Position numbers and translations under genes: made by a program | The notes under the pieces: model-generated | What the model saw: only the letters and a program-made list of their open reading frames with translations | Database searches by the model: none | What the model was told of the DNA's origin: nothing | Part shown: positions 14,300 through 27,954 of the stretch, piece by piece | Layout of the letters: each line of letters begins with the position of its first letter | Numbering within the stretch: position 1 is the stretch's first letter | NCBI GenBank assembly: GCA_951406725.2 | Contig: OX597815.1 | Coordinates: 179,986,001 to 180,050,000, forward strand | Direction of reading: 5' to 3' | Length of the DNA stretch: 64,000 nt | From: Octopus vulgaris | Lineage: Eukaryota

Positions 14300-14434
14300 A
14301 TATGTTGTGTTCTTTTCTTTTGAAGAGCGTAAGCTCGCAACGTAAAACACTTTCTCATCTTCCCGAGTGTTAAACTAGTACACCTGTTTGTTGTTCAGAC
14401 ACCTGTCTTCGTCTTTTGTTTTTTTGTAATATTC

Positions 14435-14440
<6 letters not shown>
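14300..14440 (+). mobile_element. Penelope-type terminal fragment with decayed hammerhead motif (family A)
   Basis: tgaagagcgtaagctcgcaacgtaaaa plus downstream sequence shared with 51030..51160 (+) and 53250..53392 (-). Confidence 0.55.
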
Positions 14441-14496
<56 letters not shown>

Positions 14497-15446
14497 CTAA
14501 TTCCGAAATTGATTCAATATAGAAATAACGAACTTTTTAAAAAGAATTCTATCGGCCGGCTTTCCCCGATTTCAGTTCTTCGTGTTTTTTTCTGTAGCAA
14601 GTAAATAATATGTGGAAATTGACGATTTAAAAGTCTGTTATCAGCATATTGGCATTGAAATAATTTTCTTTAGCTCTTATTTATAAGTCGCATATATATA
14701 TATATATACACACGCACACATATATGTATGTATATGAGGGGCTTTCACATTCTGTTGACCAAATCCATTCACAAGGCTTTGGTTGGCCCAAGGTTATAGT
14801 AGAAGGCACTCACCCAAAGTGCCATGCAGTGGAACTGAACCCCAAAGTATATGGTTGGGGCAACAAACTTCAAACCATCCCCATGCCTATAGTAGTTCAC
14901 AATATGAAGTTCTGTAATCCCTAGAGGATCCATTTGGTTCCTAGCACCATTTTTCTTGTCACCATCAAGTCATCCATGAAGATTCACATGGCTGGTTAGT
15001 TATTGACTTGTTGAGGAAATGCAGGGACCCAGTGAGGAGAGAGGAAAATGAGTTAGCAAAGAAATTTGGGAGAAAATATAGAATGGAAGCAAGAGAGAGA
15101 GAGAGAGAAAATAAAAGAACCAGCAAAGAAGAAAAGGTAAAAAATAATTGAGGAGAAAGTATGAAGCAGGGGAAAGGAAAACTAGAAGACAGGAAAGAAA
15201 TATATAAAACAATTGAGAATTTGAGAAGAAATGGAGAAGCAGGGAAGAGTAAAGAGAGATAAAAGGAGAGAATAAAGAAGAAAAATTAGGAGAAAGGAAA
15301 AGGAAAGGCAGAATGAAGAGGAAGAAGTGCAAGAGTATCTAAACAACATGAATGGAAGAAAAGAGAAAGACTTTACAGGAATGTCATGCTCTGTATAATT
15401 GTGTAAATATATGTATATATAGACGTGTGTGTGTGTGTGTATATGT

Positions 15447-16925
15447 ATCATCATCATCATCATCATCATTTAACGTCCGCTTTCCATGCTAGCATGGGTT
15501 GGACGGTTCAACTGGGGTCTGGGGAGCCCGAAGGCTGCACCAGGCCAGTCAGATCTGGTAGTGTTTCTACAGCCGGATGCCTTTCCTAACGCCAACCACT
15601 CCGAGAGTGTAGTGGGTGATTTTATGTGCCACCGACACAGGTGCCAGACGAGGCTGGCGAACGGCCACGCTCGGGTGGTGTTTTTATGTGCCACCGACAC
15701 AGGTGCCAGACGAGGCTGGCGAACGGCCACGCTCGGATGGTGTTTTTATGTGCCACCGACACAGGTGCCAGACGAGGCTGACGAACGGCCACGATCGGAT
15801 GGTGTTTCTTACGTGCCCACAGCACGGAGGCCAGTCGATGCGGTACTGGCTACGGCCACGTTCGGATGGTTTTCTTGTGTGCCACCGGCACTAATTTTCC
15901 ACAAAGATACAAATTCCATTGATGTTCATCTATTTTGATTTGATTTGATTTGATTTGATCACTTGTCTCAACAGGTCTTCACAAGTGTCACAAGAAGGAA
16001 GGTATGCACAGGTGGACTGACTACGTCCCAGGTAGGGGCCACGGGTTATGGCCTGACTAGTCTTGCCGGGTCTTCGGATGATGTTTTTATGTGTCTCCGA
16101 CACAGGTGCCAGATGGATGGTGTTTGTTACGTGCCCACAGCACGGAGGCCAGTCGATGCGGTACTGGCTACGGCCACGTTCGGATGGTTTTCTTGTGTGC
16201 CACCAGCACTGGTACCACAAAGATACAAATTCCATTGATGTTCATCTATTTTGATTTGATTTGATTTGATTTGATCACTTGTCTCAACAGGTCTTCACAA
16301 GTGTCACAAGAAGGAAGGTATGCACAGGTGGACTGACTACGTCCCAGGTAGAGGCCACGGGTTATGGCCTGACTAGTCTTGCCAGGTCTTCGGATGGTGT
16401 TTTTATGTGCCACCGACACAGGTGCCAGATCAGGCTGGCGAACGGCCACGATCGGATGGTGTTTGTTATGAGCCCACAGCACAGAGGCCAGTCGATGCGG
16501 TACTGGCTACGGCCATGTTCGGATGGTTATCTTGTGTGCCACCGGCCCTGGTACCACAAAGATACAAATTCCATTGATGTTCATCTATTTTGATTTGTTT
16601 TGATTTGATCACTTGCCTCAACAGGTCTTCACAAGTGTCACAAGAAGGAAGGTATGCACAGGCGGACTGACTACGTCCCAGGTAGGGGCCACGGGTTATG
16701 GCCTGACTAGTCTTGCCGGGTCTTCAGATGGTGTTTTTATGTGCCACCGACACAGGTGCCTGATGAGGCTGGCGAACGGACATGATCGGATGGTGTTTGT
16801 TACGTGCCCACAGCACGGAGGCCAGTCGATGCGGTACTGGCTACGGCCACGTTCGGATGGTTTTCTTTTGTGCCACCGGCACTGGTACCATAAAAATACA
16901 AATTCCATTGATGTTCATCTATTTT
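15447..16925 (-). mobile_element. RTE LINE 3' UTR amplified as a tandem array (about 320-345 bp units with about 57 bp sub-repeats)
   Basis: (cat)n tail at 15447, then gatacaaattccattgatgttcatctattt recurs at about 15906, 16222, 16561 and 16895; each unit runs up to cttgccgggtcttc, the ORF end seen at about 61210. Confidence 0.9.
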
Positions 16926-17185
16926 ATTTTAAATATATATATGTACATCTATCTATCTATCTATATATATATATTTGTATATGTACATATATGTATCTAT
17001 ATATATATATTTGTATATGTACATATATGTATATATATATTTATATATATATTTGTATATGTACATATATATATGTATATATATATATATATATAAACAC
17101 ATATATATAAATAAACACATATATATATGAATGTATGCAATTATATATATGTATATATTTGTATGTGTACATATATCTATCAATG

Positions 17186-17218
<33 letters not shown>

Positions 17219-17244
17219 TTGTATATGTACATATATCTATATAT

Positions 17245-17652
17245 TCTGCCTTGAATGGCTTCTGTGCTGGTGGCACATAAAAAGCACCATCCGAACGTGG
17301 CCGATGCCAGCCCCGCATCGACTGGCTTCTGTGCCAGTGGCACATAAAAGGCACCATCCGAACGTGGCCGATGCCAGCACCGCCTCGACTGGCTTCTGTG
17401 CTGGTGGCACATAAAAAGCACCAACCAATCGTGGCCGATGCCAGACCCCTCTGGCACCTGTGCAGGTGGCACGTAAAAAGCATCCACTACACTCGCGGAG
17501 TGGTTGGCGTTAGGAAGGGCATCCAGCTGTAGAAACACTGCCAGATCAGACTGGAGCCTGGTGCAGTCCCTGGCTTCCCAGACCCCGGTCGAACCGTCCA
17601 ACCTGTGCTAGCGCGGAGAACGGATGTTAAACGATGATGATGATGATGATGA
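17245..17652 (+). mobile_element. RTE 3'-UTR fragment with (GAT)n tail
   Basis: Sub-repeats ggtggcacataaaaagcaccatccgaacgtggcc, core ggttggcgttaggaagggcatccagc. Similar fragments at about 96, 4620, 9770, 18650, 20022, 20666, 23585, 26230, 36860, 43585, 43900, 47375, 47800, 48400, 49640, 50252, 52255, 55085, 58218 and 59165. Confidence 0.9.
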
Positions 17653-18499
17653 TATATATATATACATATATATATACACATATATATGAATGTATACATA
17701 TATGTAATTATTTATATGTATATATTTGTATATGTACATATATCTATCTCTATGATGGATATATTTGTATGTGTACATATATCTATCTATATATATATAT
17801 TTGTATATGTACATATATCTATATATTCATCTATATATATATATATATATATAGATAGATAGATAGATACACACACAGACACGCACCCATACACACGCGT
17901 ATATATGTGTGTGTGGAAGTATATACATGATTTTCTATTTTGTGAACATTTTATGTCCGTTCAAGATTGCTTTCTGCTTAATGAGTAGGCCATTCAAAAA
18001 TGCACAGTTTTCGTGTGACCATCCAGTATTAATTTTAAACTGAACATTCCAGAAACAATTTGTAAATTCTCTTTATATAAGAAACAAGGTTTCAGAACTG
18101 AATTGAGCTTGACGAGTGCCAAGCATGAAACTTTTGGACATTGAATCACTTTTGTAATTTTCTGCTGATTAAACACACACACACACACACGTGTGCACAC
18201 ATAGATATATTTATCTAATAGACTAATACATTCTGTCATTATTTTATTTCGTGATATTGTATTAGTTATGCTCTTATATAGGTTGAAAAACATGTTTCAG
18301 CTGAAGATGTCACCATAACCCTCTTTGTTGAACCAGTCAACATAGAATAAGTGAGACCCACATAAAAGGTACTGTTTCACAACTGAAAAAAAACATACTT
18401 TTGTTAAGAGGAGAAATATTATATAAATATATATGATAGTGCTGTTGTTTTGAAGCAAAGAGAAATTCATTTGATTTCACTGGTTCCAGAAAATATTTA

Positions 18500-18635
18500 C
18501 ATTATTTACATTTAATGGATGGATATGTGTCCTCATCTTGTTTGTCGTTACCACAATGTTTTGCCTGATTTGCTCTCCAGCCTTCATCATGTGTCCTGGT
18601 AGAATTTTGAACCCAACCCTGGGTTCTCATTCCTG
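18500..18635 (-). mobile_element. Penelope-type terminal fragment with hammerhead motif (family B)
   Basis: Minus strand ggacacatgatgaaggctggagagcaaatcaggcaaaacattgtg; homologous to 25665..25800 and 40491..40777. Confidence 0.6.
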
Positions 18636-18928
18636 AGTTCAAAATTCTACCAGCGCCTGACTGGCATCCGTGTTGGTGACATGTAAAAGCACCAACCGAT
18701 TGTGGCCATTAGCCAGCCTCCCCTGGCCCCTGTGCTGGTGGAACGTAAAAAGCACCCACTACACTCACGGAGTGGTTGGCGTTAGGAAGGGCATCCAGCT
18801 GTAGAAACACTGCCAGATCTGACTGGAGCCTGGCGCAGCCTCCATGGCTTACCAGACCCCGGTCGAACCGTCCAACCCATGCTAGCATGGAAAGCAGACA
18901 TTAAACGATGATGATGATCATCATGATG

Positions 18929-18959
<31 letters not shown>

Positions 18960-19554
18960 GGCGTAGGAATCGCTGTGTGGTAAGTAGCTGGCCAGTTCCC
19001 ATCAAATTGTTTAACTCAAGCCAGCAGGGAAAACAGACATTTAAATAATGATGATGATGACAATGATGATACACAGACACACATGTATACATACATATAT
19101 ATACACACATACATATATACACGTACATGCATACATATATATATATATGCACACATATATACACAAACAAATATGTGTATGTGCATATACATTTATGTAT
19201 ATGTACTGCAAGCGCTAATATATGAGTTATAAAAACATGTGACATATTAACAAAAATCTGTAAATGTACAACCATCCAGATTTCTGAGTACCTTATTTTT
19301 TTTATTGATATATAATACCTGTACATCACCTCCAAACCTTCTAATACGTTTATGTATATACACACATGTATACCAACTGGTGTGTTTATGCTCCTGTAAC
19401 TTAGCAGTTTGGCAAAAGAGCCCGACAGAATAAGTTACTAGGCTTACAAAGAATGAGTCCTGGGGTTGACTTGTTCGACTAAAGGCAGTACTCCAGCATG
19501 GCCACAGTCAAATGACTGAAACAAGTAAAAGAATAAAAGAACATATATATATAT

Positions 19555-19898
19555 AAACAATTGCAGCATGGAAGGTGTTTATAAGCCATTTAAGAAACAC
19601 ACAAAATCCATTAGATTCACTTCAACATTTAAATTAAATTTGTCAAAATATTTTCTTCATTTTGGGACCGCGATCTGTTCACTGACAAAATTCCGTGCTG
19701 CATGGAATTTTGTCAGTGAACCGGTCACGGTCTCAAAGCAATGGAAATATTTTGGCAAATTAAATTTAAATATGGAAGTGAATCTAACGGTTTTTGTGTT
19801 TCTTAAATGGCTTATAAATACCTTCCATGCAGCAATTGTTTTCTTTCCAGCACACGATCTCAGATCAGGTCACTTGCAATGCAAGTATATCTCCGTAA
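19555..19898. repeat. Near-perfect foldback (arms about 140 bp, almost no loop), probably an inverted Penelope-type end or MITE
   Basis: aaacaattgcagcatggaaggtgtttataagccatttaagaaacac...actgacaaaattcc is mirrored by ggaattttgtcagtg...gtgtttcttaaatggcttataaataccttccatgcagcaattgttt (ends 19841). Confidence 0.9.
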
Positions 19899-20431
19899 TA
19901 TATACATATACAGATTTATTTAACAGCCCAAAGAGACACACGAGCAAAAATGGTATGATTACAGCCATATTCATCTTTACCCTTTAATGAAGATCCTTGT
20001 TTCAGATCAGTTTTATTGCCAAATCATCGTTTAACGTCTGTTCTCCATGCTAGCATGGGTTGGACGGTTCGACCGGGGATCTGGGAAGCCAGGAGGCTGC
20101 ACCAGGCTCCGGTCTTATCTGGCAATGTTTCTACAGCTGGATGCCCTTCCTAACGCCAATCACTCCGTGAGTGTAGTGGGTGCATTTTACGTGCCACCTG
20201 CACGGAAGCCAGTCGAGGCAGCGCTGGCATCGGCCACGATTCGGATAGTGCTTTTTACGATTAATATTTTTACATATTTTTGCATATCATTGGCAATACC
20301 ATATAACATTGGAAGCAGAAACAGCTGTTAGATGGGATGCAGTCTATTTACATTGAATTAATAAATAATAATTGATATAAGTCAAGTCAATTGTTATTCA
20401 TCAGTACTTCTCCATTTTCTGTTTTCTTTAA

Positions 20432-20470
<39 letters not shown>

Positions 20471-20867
20471 CAGAATAAGCAACAAGGATATCTAAAGTAG
20501 TGTAGTACAATCGTTTCATGCTACTTCATTTTATTAAACAATGTAAGTATTACATCAGTTTTAAAATGTAGAGCAATCTTCAGTCACAAATAGAATTTTT
20601 TCATTAAATAGAGAATGCACATTTTTATACTTATTCCATTTGCCAACATTATAAAGAGGGTATATATCATCATCATCATCATTTAGCGTCCGCTTTCCAT
20701 GCTAGCATGGGTTGGACGGTTCAACTGGGGTCTGTGAAGCTGGAAGGCTTCATCAGGCCCAGTCAGATCTGGCAGTGTTTCTACGGCTGGATGCCCTTCC
20801 TAACGCCAACCACTCCGTGAGTGTAGTGGGTGTTTTTTATGTGTGTGTATATGTATGTATATGTATG

Positions 20868-20901
<34 letters not shown>

Positions 20902-21507
20902 CATACATACACACACACACACATATATATACACACATACACGAAAGTAAAATTTTATTGATATTCATAATATAAAATTATATTTATGTTCATGACAATC
21001 CACAATTGACAACATGAAATAAGTAGTCTATAACATTAAGACCTCACATATTTTTAGTTTAACTAGTAACAAGCTCATTCTGTAGCCTGAATCAATCCTA
21101 CAATGATACAGAGTAAATTCAGCAACCGTTGACTGTAAAAATGTGGTTCAAGTGATTTTCAGGAAATAGTTTGCTTTGAACTATTGTAATTTTACTCCCA
21201 ATATACTTTCAGTCATGTTCTATGCAACATTAAAAGTCCTAATCATAAATAACGCCATGCAATGAACATAAATTCTCTTGGCGGCCATATTGCAGCAAAA
21301 ATTCTTTTGCCTGTTCCAGTCATTTGACTGCGGCTTTTAGTTGAATAAATCAACCCCCAGGTCTTATTTGTTGTAAGCTTAGTACTTATTCGATTAATGT
21401 CTTTTTGCTGAACCGCTAGGTTACAGGGACATAAACACACCAAAATCAGTTGTCCAGCAATGGTGGGGGCACAAACACAGACACACACACACACATATAT
21501 ATATATG

Positions 21508-21790
21508 GAGGTTAGGGCAGCGGACTTGCGGTCGTAGGATCGCGGTTTCGATTCCTAGACTGGGCGTTGTGAGTGTTTATTGAGCGAAAACACCTAAAGC
21601 TCTACAAGGCTCCAGCAGGGGGTGGTGGCGATCCCTGCTGTACTCTTTCGCCACAACTTTCTCTCACTCTTTCTTGTTGGCCTGCTCGCTTAGCCAGCGG
21701 GATGGCGTCGTTTGAAGGCTAAAACAATGCAAAGCGCATTGTGACCAGCGATGTGTAGCAACATCTGATAGCCTGGTCGGTCACTGTGAT
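21508..21790 (+). mobile_element. SINE family 4 (tRNA-Arg-like head)
   Basis: gttagggcagcggacttgcggtcgtaggatcgcggtttcgattcc head; related copy on the minus strand at 43190..43412. Confidence 0.75.
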
Positions 21791-22397
21791 ATATATATAT
21801 ATATGGTGGTTGTCTACTCCTTATACAGAGTTTAACCACCTCCTGTAACTAAACCTCAGATCTATCATAGCATCTGATGTGGCATTTTAAACCAGACAAT
21901 ATTTTGAAAAGACACTCACATAGATTGCATATCTGATTTGGATCACCAAGAGCTGCAGGTGAGTTCTGATCATTGCGGACCTTAAAATATCTTTTGAGGC
22001 CTCTGTTGAATTTGCAGACCTTCTAACATACATGGCATTAAAAGGTGTGCAGAGTCATATAGCTAGAATAGTTGGTGGGGATTCGTTTTCCATGGGTCTG
22101 CAAATGAGATTTGAGCCCAGCAAATATATATATATTTATATATACATATATATCTATCTATATACAAAAATATATATATATATGTATATATCTATTTATA
22201 TATGCATACAACGGGTTTCTTTCAGTTTCCATCTACTAAGTCCACTCACAAGGCTTTGGTCAGCCTGAGACCAGGGTAGAAGACACTTGCCCAAGGTGCC
22301 ATGAAGTGGGACTGAACCTGGAACCATGTGGCTGGGAAGCATGCTTCTTACCATACAGCCATTCCTGCACCTATATGCTTGAGAAATTGTAAGAGAT

Positions 22398-22621
22398 CTT
22401 TTATCTTTCACTTGTTTCAGTCATTTGACTGTGGCCATGCTGGGGCACTACCTTGATGAATTTTAAGCCAAACGAATTGACCTCAGGACTTAATTATCTT
22501 TCAAGCCTGTTACTTATTCTATTGGTCTTACTGGCCAAATAAAGTGGCAAGGATGCAAACACACCAACACCAGTTGTCAAGCAGTGGTGGGGGACAAACA
22601 GGCAGACAGAGGCATGCATGT

Positions 22622-22652
<31 letters not shown>

Positions 22653-22808
22653 TCATGGGCTTCTTTCAGTTTCCGTCTATCAAATCCACTCACACAGCTT
22701 TGGTCAGACCCAAGGATATAGTGAAATACACTTGCTCAAGGTGAGACTGAACCTCGAAACTTGTGACTGGGAAGTGAACTTCTTACCACACGGCCACACC
22801 TGCACCTG
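22398..22808 (-). mobile_element. SINE family 1, full length (another head at 22205..22375)
   Basis: Colinear with the family consensus. Confidence 0.85.
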
Positions 22809-24317
22809 ATGTATGACAATCATTTTTAATTTTATCTTTTTTTTTATAGGGTAAATTACATTTTAATTTTCATTTTTATAATAACCCTTTGATTACCATA
22901 TTTCCATCTGCAACATGATCAACATATGTGTTTAGTTTCCACTGGTGAGGATAATCTGCAAATATTCTAAGCTTAGGGGTAGAAAAAGGATAGGGTCAGC
23001 ATGCAAGCATTACTTGTGTAGCAGCGATTTGAGACCAAATCCCTTGATCAGTGGCAGAATGGCCAAGTTGCCAGCTTGCCGATGGCAAGTTGGCCCCTGC
23101 ACCATTAGAATCCACATATGGGGGCACATGTTAATATCTAAGGGGTCCATCGCCTCAAGACTGAGAATTTTTTTATTCACTCCTGGAAGAATGCATCAAT
23201 TCTGGCTGTGTTTGTAGACAATTGAAGAGAATACGTTTAACAAATAAAAAAAGTAAATAAATAAATGGAAGAATTGGAGTTGATATGTGGTCAGGCATCG
23301 TGAACAAACCACAATAGTTTCATGTGATAGGTCTGTTAACTGACCAATCAGCCTGAAGTGATGGTTTGGACATGTTTTCTCAAACATTCTAGAATTTGAT
23401 TTCCAGTCTCCTTAAAAACCATTTGGGGTGCATTTTTACCAGCCTAGGAAGGCAGCTAAGACAGATGGCAGAGGTAAATAACAAGAACCTCCGTTGCAGA
23501 ATTTTTTCCAGTTATATTGGGCAAGCCACAGGTTGCCATAGCAATAGCTTGCTGTCAACTGCAAGCAGTATCTCTCTCCCAGGATGTTGTGCCGGTGGCA
23601 TGTAAAAAGCACCATCCGAACGTGGCTAATGCCAGTGCCGCCTTGACTGTCTTCCGTGCTGGTGGCATGTAAAAAGCACCAACCGATTGTAGCCGTTGCC
23701 AGCCTCGCCTGGGCCCTGTTCCAGTGGCACGTAAAAAGCACCCACTACACTCATGGAGTGGTTGGCATTAGGAAGGGCATCCAGCTGTAGAAACACTGCA
23801 AAACTAGACTGGAGCCTGGTGCAGCCTTCTGGCTTCCCAGAGCCCAGTCGAACTGTCCAACTCATTCTAGCATGGAAAACAGAGGTTAAACGATGATGAT
23901 GATGATGATCTATAGAAGGCCAACACAGTTTGTAAATGTTTGTGGGTGTTGTTCAGTTACTTCTACACACAGCCCACAAATCATATTTTCATTCATCAAA
24001 TCAACTAGTCACTACCACAGACCAACAGCAGCAGCAACCACAACAACACCCAAGCAAAACTTGTTTCACAAACAAGTGTGATATAATAAACAATTTGCTT
24101 GTGAAGGTTTTATTTCAGACCGATCAATTCCGTTACAAGTATTGTCATGTTTGGAATTGTGATATCTATAAAATGAAATATGTTTCTGATTTAATTGTTG
24201 TATAAAATGCTCCTTTACAAAATGCTTCCGATTTTACTTTGATAATCAACTTAACAGATTACAACAACTATTCTACAAAACGGAATAATGTTTGCTTTGA
24301 TTTGTAATAGATGTATA

Positions 24318-25025
24318 CTCTCTTTTTACTCTTTCACTTGTTTCAGTCATTTGACTGCGGCCATGCTGGAGCACCGCCTTTAGTCGATCAAATCGACCCC
24401 GGAACTTATTCTTTGTAAGTCTAGTACTTATTCTATCAGTCACTTTTACCAAACCGCTAAGTTACAGGGACGTAAACACACCAGCATCAGTTGTCAAGCG
24501 ATGTTGGTCGGACAAACACAGACACACAAACATACACACACATATACATACACATATATATATATACATATATACGACGGGCTTCTTTCAGTTTCCGTCT
24601 ACCAAATCCACTCACATGGCTTTGATTTTTTTTCTTGTTTCAGTCATTAGACTGTGGCCATGCTGGGGCACTGCCTTAAAGAATTTTTCGTCTTAATGAA
24701 TTGACATCAGTACTTTTTTTTAAAGCCTGGTACTTATTCTATCAGTCTCTTTTGCCGAACCACTAAGTTACAGAAAAGTAAACAAATTAACACCAGTTGT
24801 CAAACAGTAATGGGAGACAAACAGACAGACACACACATCAATATATACATGCATATATATCTGGCAGGTTTCTTTCAGTTTCCATCTACCAAATGCATTC
24901 ACAAGGCTTTGGTTGGCCTCAGACTATAGTAGAAGATACTTGCCCAAGGTACTACGCAATGGGACTGAACCCAGAAACACGTGGTTGGGAAGCAAACTTT
25001 TTACCGCATGGCCATCCATGCCTGT
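24318..25025 (-). mobile_element. Two tandem SINE family 1 copies
   Basis: Tails start at 24318 and about 24630; both carry the internal microsatellite and ctttcagtttcc.tctaccaaat. Confidence 0.85.
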
Positions 25026-25084
25026 GCAAACAAACAGAACAATATTCAAGGCTGATATTTTCATAACTTAGCATATGATTTTAT

Positions 25085-25405
25085 TTATGAAAATATAGTC
25101 TTTTCCAGATTTAATATGTTTGGCATCCAAACCATCGTAATTTTCGGAATTCTTGATATCTTGACAAACTTAGTGTAATATATTCCTTCAACTAAATCAT
25201 AACCAACGATAGAGTTTCCTGTTGAAGCATAGACTTGGCTATAAGTAACACATAGTAATTATGGGCAATACACTGCAGTCAGTCTATCGGATAAAACAGA
25301 TTTAATTTCATATCTTAAAGCATATTTAATTTTGCAGTTTTGAAATGTTTGATAAAAAACCAAATCTGATATTGGATAATGTTCATCGACTGAATTATTA
25401 CAATA
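25085..25405 (-). pseudogene. Candidate decayed coding segment (YCNNSVDEHYPISDLVFYQTFQNCKIKYALRYEIKSVLSDRLTAVYCP*LLCVTYSQVYASTGNSIVGYDLVEGIYYTKFVKISRIPKITMVW...)
   Basis: 107 codons with one internal stop (TAA 25261-25259) in very AT-rich non-repetitive DNA; exon limits unresolved. Confidence 0.5.
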
Positions 25406-25664
25406 TCAAAATTTCTTGATGTCTTAATTTGTTTGCTTTAAGCTATAAATGCATTCTTCCATTGAAATTTAGTTTCCTTCGGTGATATAGGAAGCAGATG
25501 AAACTTGACTAACCGTAATGAAATAGAAAAATAAAAATGGGAAGCTGAGCAATCAGGTTTACATAGAAGTCTGAATTCAAAAGTTATCGGTTTGTTATTA
25601 AAGTTTGTTACCTCAACGTTACGTTTAAAACAAGCAAACAATAAGACATACCTTAAAAGTACAG

Positions 25665-25800
25665 TGTTTACATTTTGACGGATATTTGTCCCCATCTTGT
25701 TTGTTGTTAACACAAAGTTTCAGCTGATATACCCTCCAGCCTTCATTAGGTGTCTTGGGGAAATTTCGAACTTGGGTTCTCATTCCTAAGGTCTTTTTTG
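25665..25800 (-). mobile_element. Penelope-type terminal fragment with hammerhead motif (family B)
   Basis: Minus strand gacac-ctaatga-aggctggagggtatatcagct-gaaac-ttt-gtgtt. Confidence 0.65.
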
Positions 25801-26694
25801 ATATCATTATTATTATTATTATTATTATTATTGCCTGGAATCAGAGAGCTATGCCAGGCTCCAGCTGTCTGTTTTGGAATGATTTCTATGGCTAAATGTC
25901 CTTCCTAATGCCAACCACTTTACAGAGTGTACTGGGTGCTTTTAATGTGGCACCATGACAGGTGCTTTTTACAGGGTTCCAGCACAGGTGCTTTTCACAT
26001 GGCATCAGCTACTGTTTATATTAGTAGAAACTATTTTATGAACCGTACTAACTTCCTTTTTAAACAATCTCCATTAAATTCCATTTTGGTTATTTTTACA
26101 GTTCTTAAGTCTACAGAAGTGAACAAAGGAATAACTTATAATCCAGAAATGACTAAGTGAATATTTTTGGTTCTTGTTAACTAATGAATTGATTAGTTAA
26201 TAACTGAGAATATTGTAATTAAGATTTGTTCCGCATAGCCCCAGCCCATTCAAAGTACCTTGGATTTCCGAACAACTTGCTGTGCTTGAGGAGACCTATT
26301 GAGTCAAATACATGAACATCGAAATATATATCAATGGAAATAGTAGTTATGATGCCTGTGCCGGTGGCACGTAAAAAGCACCATCCGAACGTGGCGGCTG
26401 CCAGCGCCGCCTTGACTGGCACCTGTGCCGGTGACATGTAAAAAACCACCCACTACATTCACGGAGTGGTTGGCGTTAGGAAGGGCATCCAGCTGTAGAA
26501 ACACTGCCAGATCAGACTGGAGCCTGGTGCAGCCTCCTGGCTTCCCAGACCCCGGTCGAACTGTCCAACCCGTGCTAGCACGGAAAGTGGACGTTAAATG
26601 ATGATGATGATGATGATGATTAATCTTAAATGATTGATACATACAGATTTTAATGTCTTATACTGACACTGACATTTACTCATATATTTATCTT

Positions 26695-27062
26695 CTATCT
26701 TTTACTTGTTTCGGTCATTAGACTGTGGCCATGCTGAGGTACCACCTTGAGGAATTTCTAGTCACATGAATCAACATTAGTACTTTATTTTTCTTTAAAC
26801 CCGCTATTTATTCTATTTGTCTCTTTTGCCAAACTGCTAAGTTATAGGGATGTAAACACAACACACCAACATTGGTTGTCAAGAGGTGATAGGGGACAAA
26901 CACAGACAGACACACACATACATATACACATAACGGGCTTCTTTCAGTTTCTGTCTACCAAATCTACTCACAACTCCTCTCACAGCTTGAGGCTTTAGCA
27001 GAATACACCGACCTTAGGTGACACACAGTGGGACTGAACCCAAAACCATGTGATTGGGAAGC
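26695..27062 (-). mobile_element. SINE family 1 copy
   Basis: Colinear with the family consensus. Confidence 0.8.
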
Positions 27063-27636
27063 CCTTGACCACTTTCAATTATTTTATTAGACTAGGTTTA
27101 ATAGGTTTTGTACAAAATTACTTTTCTTTTTATTTCTCTGAATATTCATGTATTTTGAAGGAATCTTTTTTATAATGTAACATTTCTCTGAGAAACTAAG
27201 CCTGCCTTTTAGTAATTACAGACTCCTTCAGCTTGTAGAAAGAAATAGGAGCATGCCTCAATAATTTCTTCTCTCATAGAAAAAGGTGGTTCTGTACCAG
27301 TGTTGGATTGTATTTATTCCTTTTCCAATTTTCCTCTTGTTCTTCTTTCACTTCTCTTCAACATTTCAGATGTTAAGTTCTTCATCAGAAGAAAAGCATA
27401 CGAGAAAGAGAAGTGGTTGAGAAGAAAGGAAGCAAAAAAAAAGGGGGGTAAACAGGCAAGGAGTTATGAGCTGAGGAAGAATGTGGTTCTAGGCCCAGGC
27501 ATGGCTGTCTGGGAGGAAGCTTGCTCCCCAACTACATTGGTTACAGGCACCTTGGGCAAGTGTCTGTAGCCTTGGCCAACTAAAGCCTTGCGAGTGGATT
27601 TTGTAGATGGAAACTGAAAGAAGCATGTCATATATA

Positions 27637-27843
27637 CAGGGTGGTCCAAAAGTCATACAAAAAATAAGCTCAATGCGGTCTGGGATTTTCAAAGACATGC
27701 TTCAATTTTTCTCAAATTGAATAAAAGAAACAAAATAATGATGAATACAGACATATTTGTATGTGAGGAACAAAATATACAATAATAAAACATAAATAAA
27801 ATGTCGAATGTTTTAGTGCATGACTTTTGACCCACCCACCCTG
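27637..27843. mobile_element. Tc1/mariner-type MITE nested in the (TA)n centre of a SINE (27491..28135)
   Basis: ta-cagggtggtccaaaagtcat ... atgacttttgacccacccaccctg terminal inverted repeats. Confidence 0.75.
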
Positions 27844-27917
27844 TCTGTGTGTGTGTGGCTTTATGTCTGTGCTTTACCTCAACACCACCACTTGACAACT
27901 GATGTGTTCATGTACGC

Positions 27918-27954
<37 letters not shown>

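Noticed and set aside
13596-14358. Long ORFs of 200+ aa (also near 12.7, 17, 45.3, 53, 61.6 and 62.5 kb)
   Set aside because: Translations of (TA)/(TACA) microsatellites that happen to lack stops.
21508-21570. Possible tRNA genes at SINE heads
   Set aside because: A/B boxes run into SINE bodies, with no complete cloverleaf or terminator.
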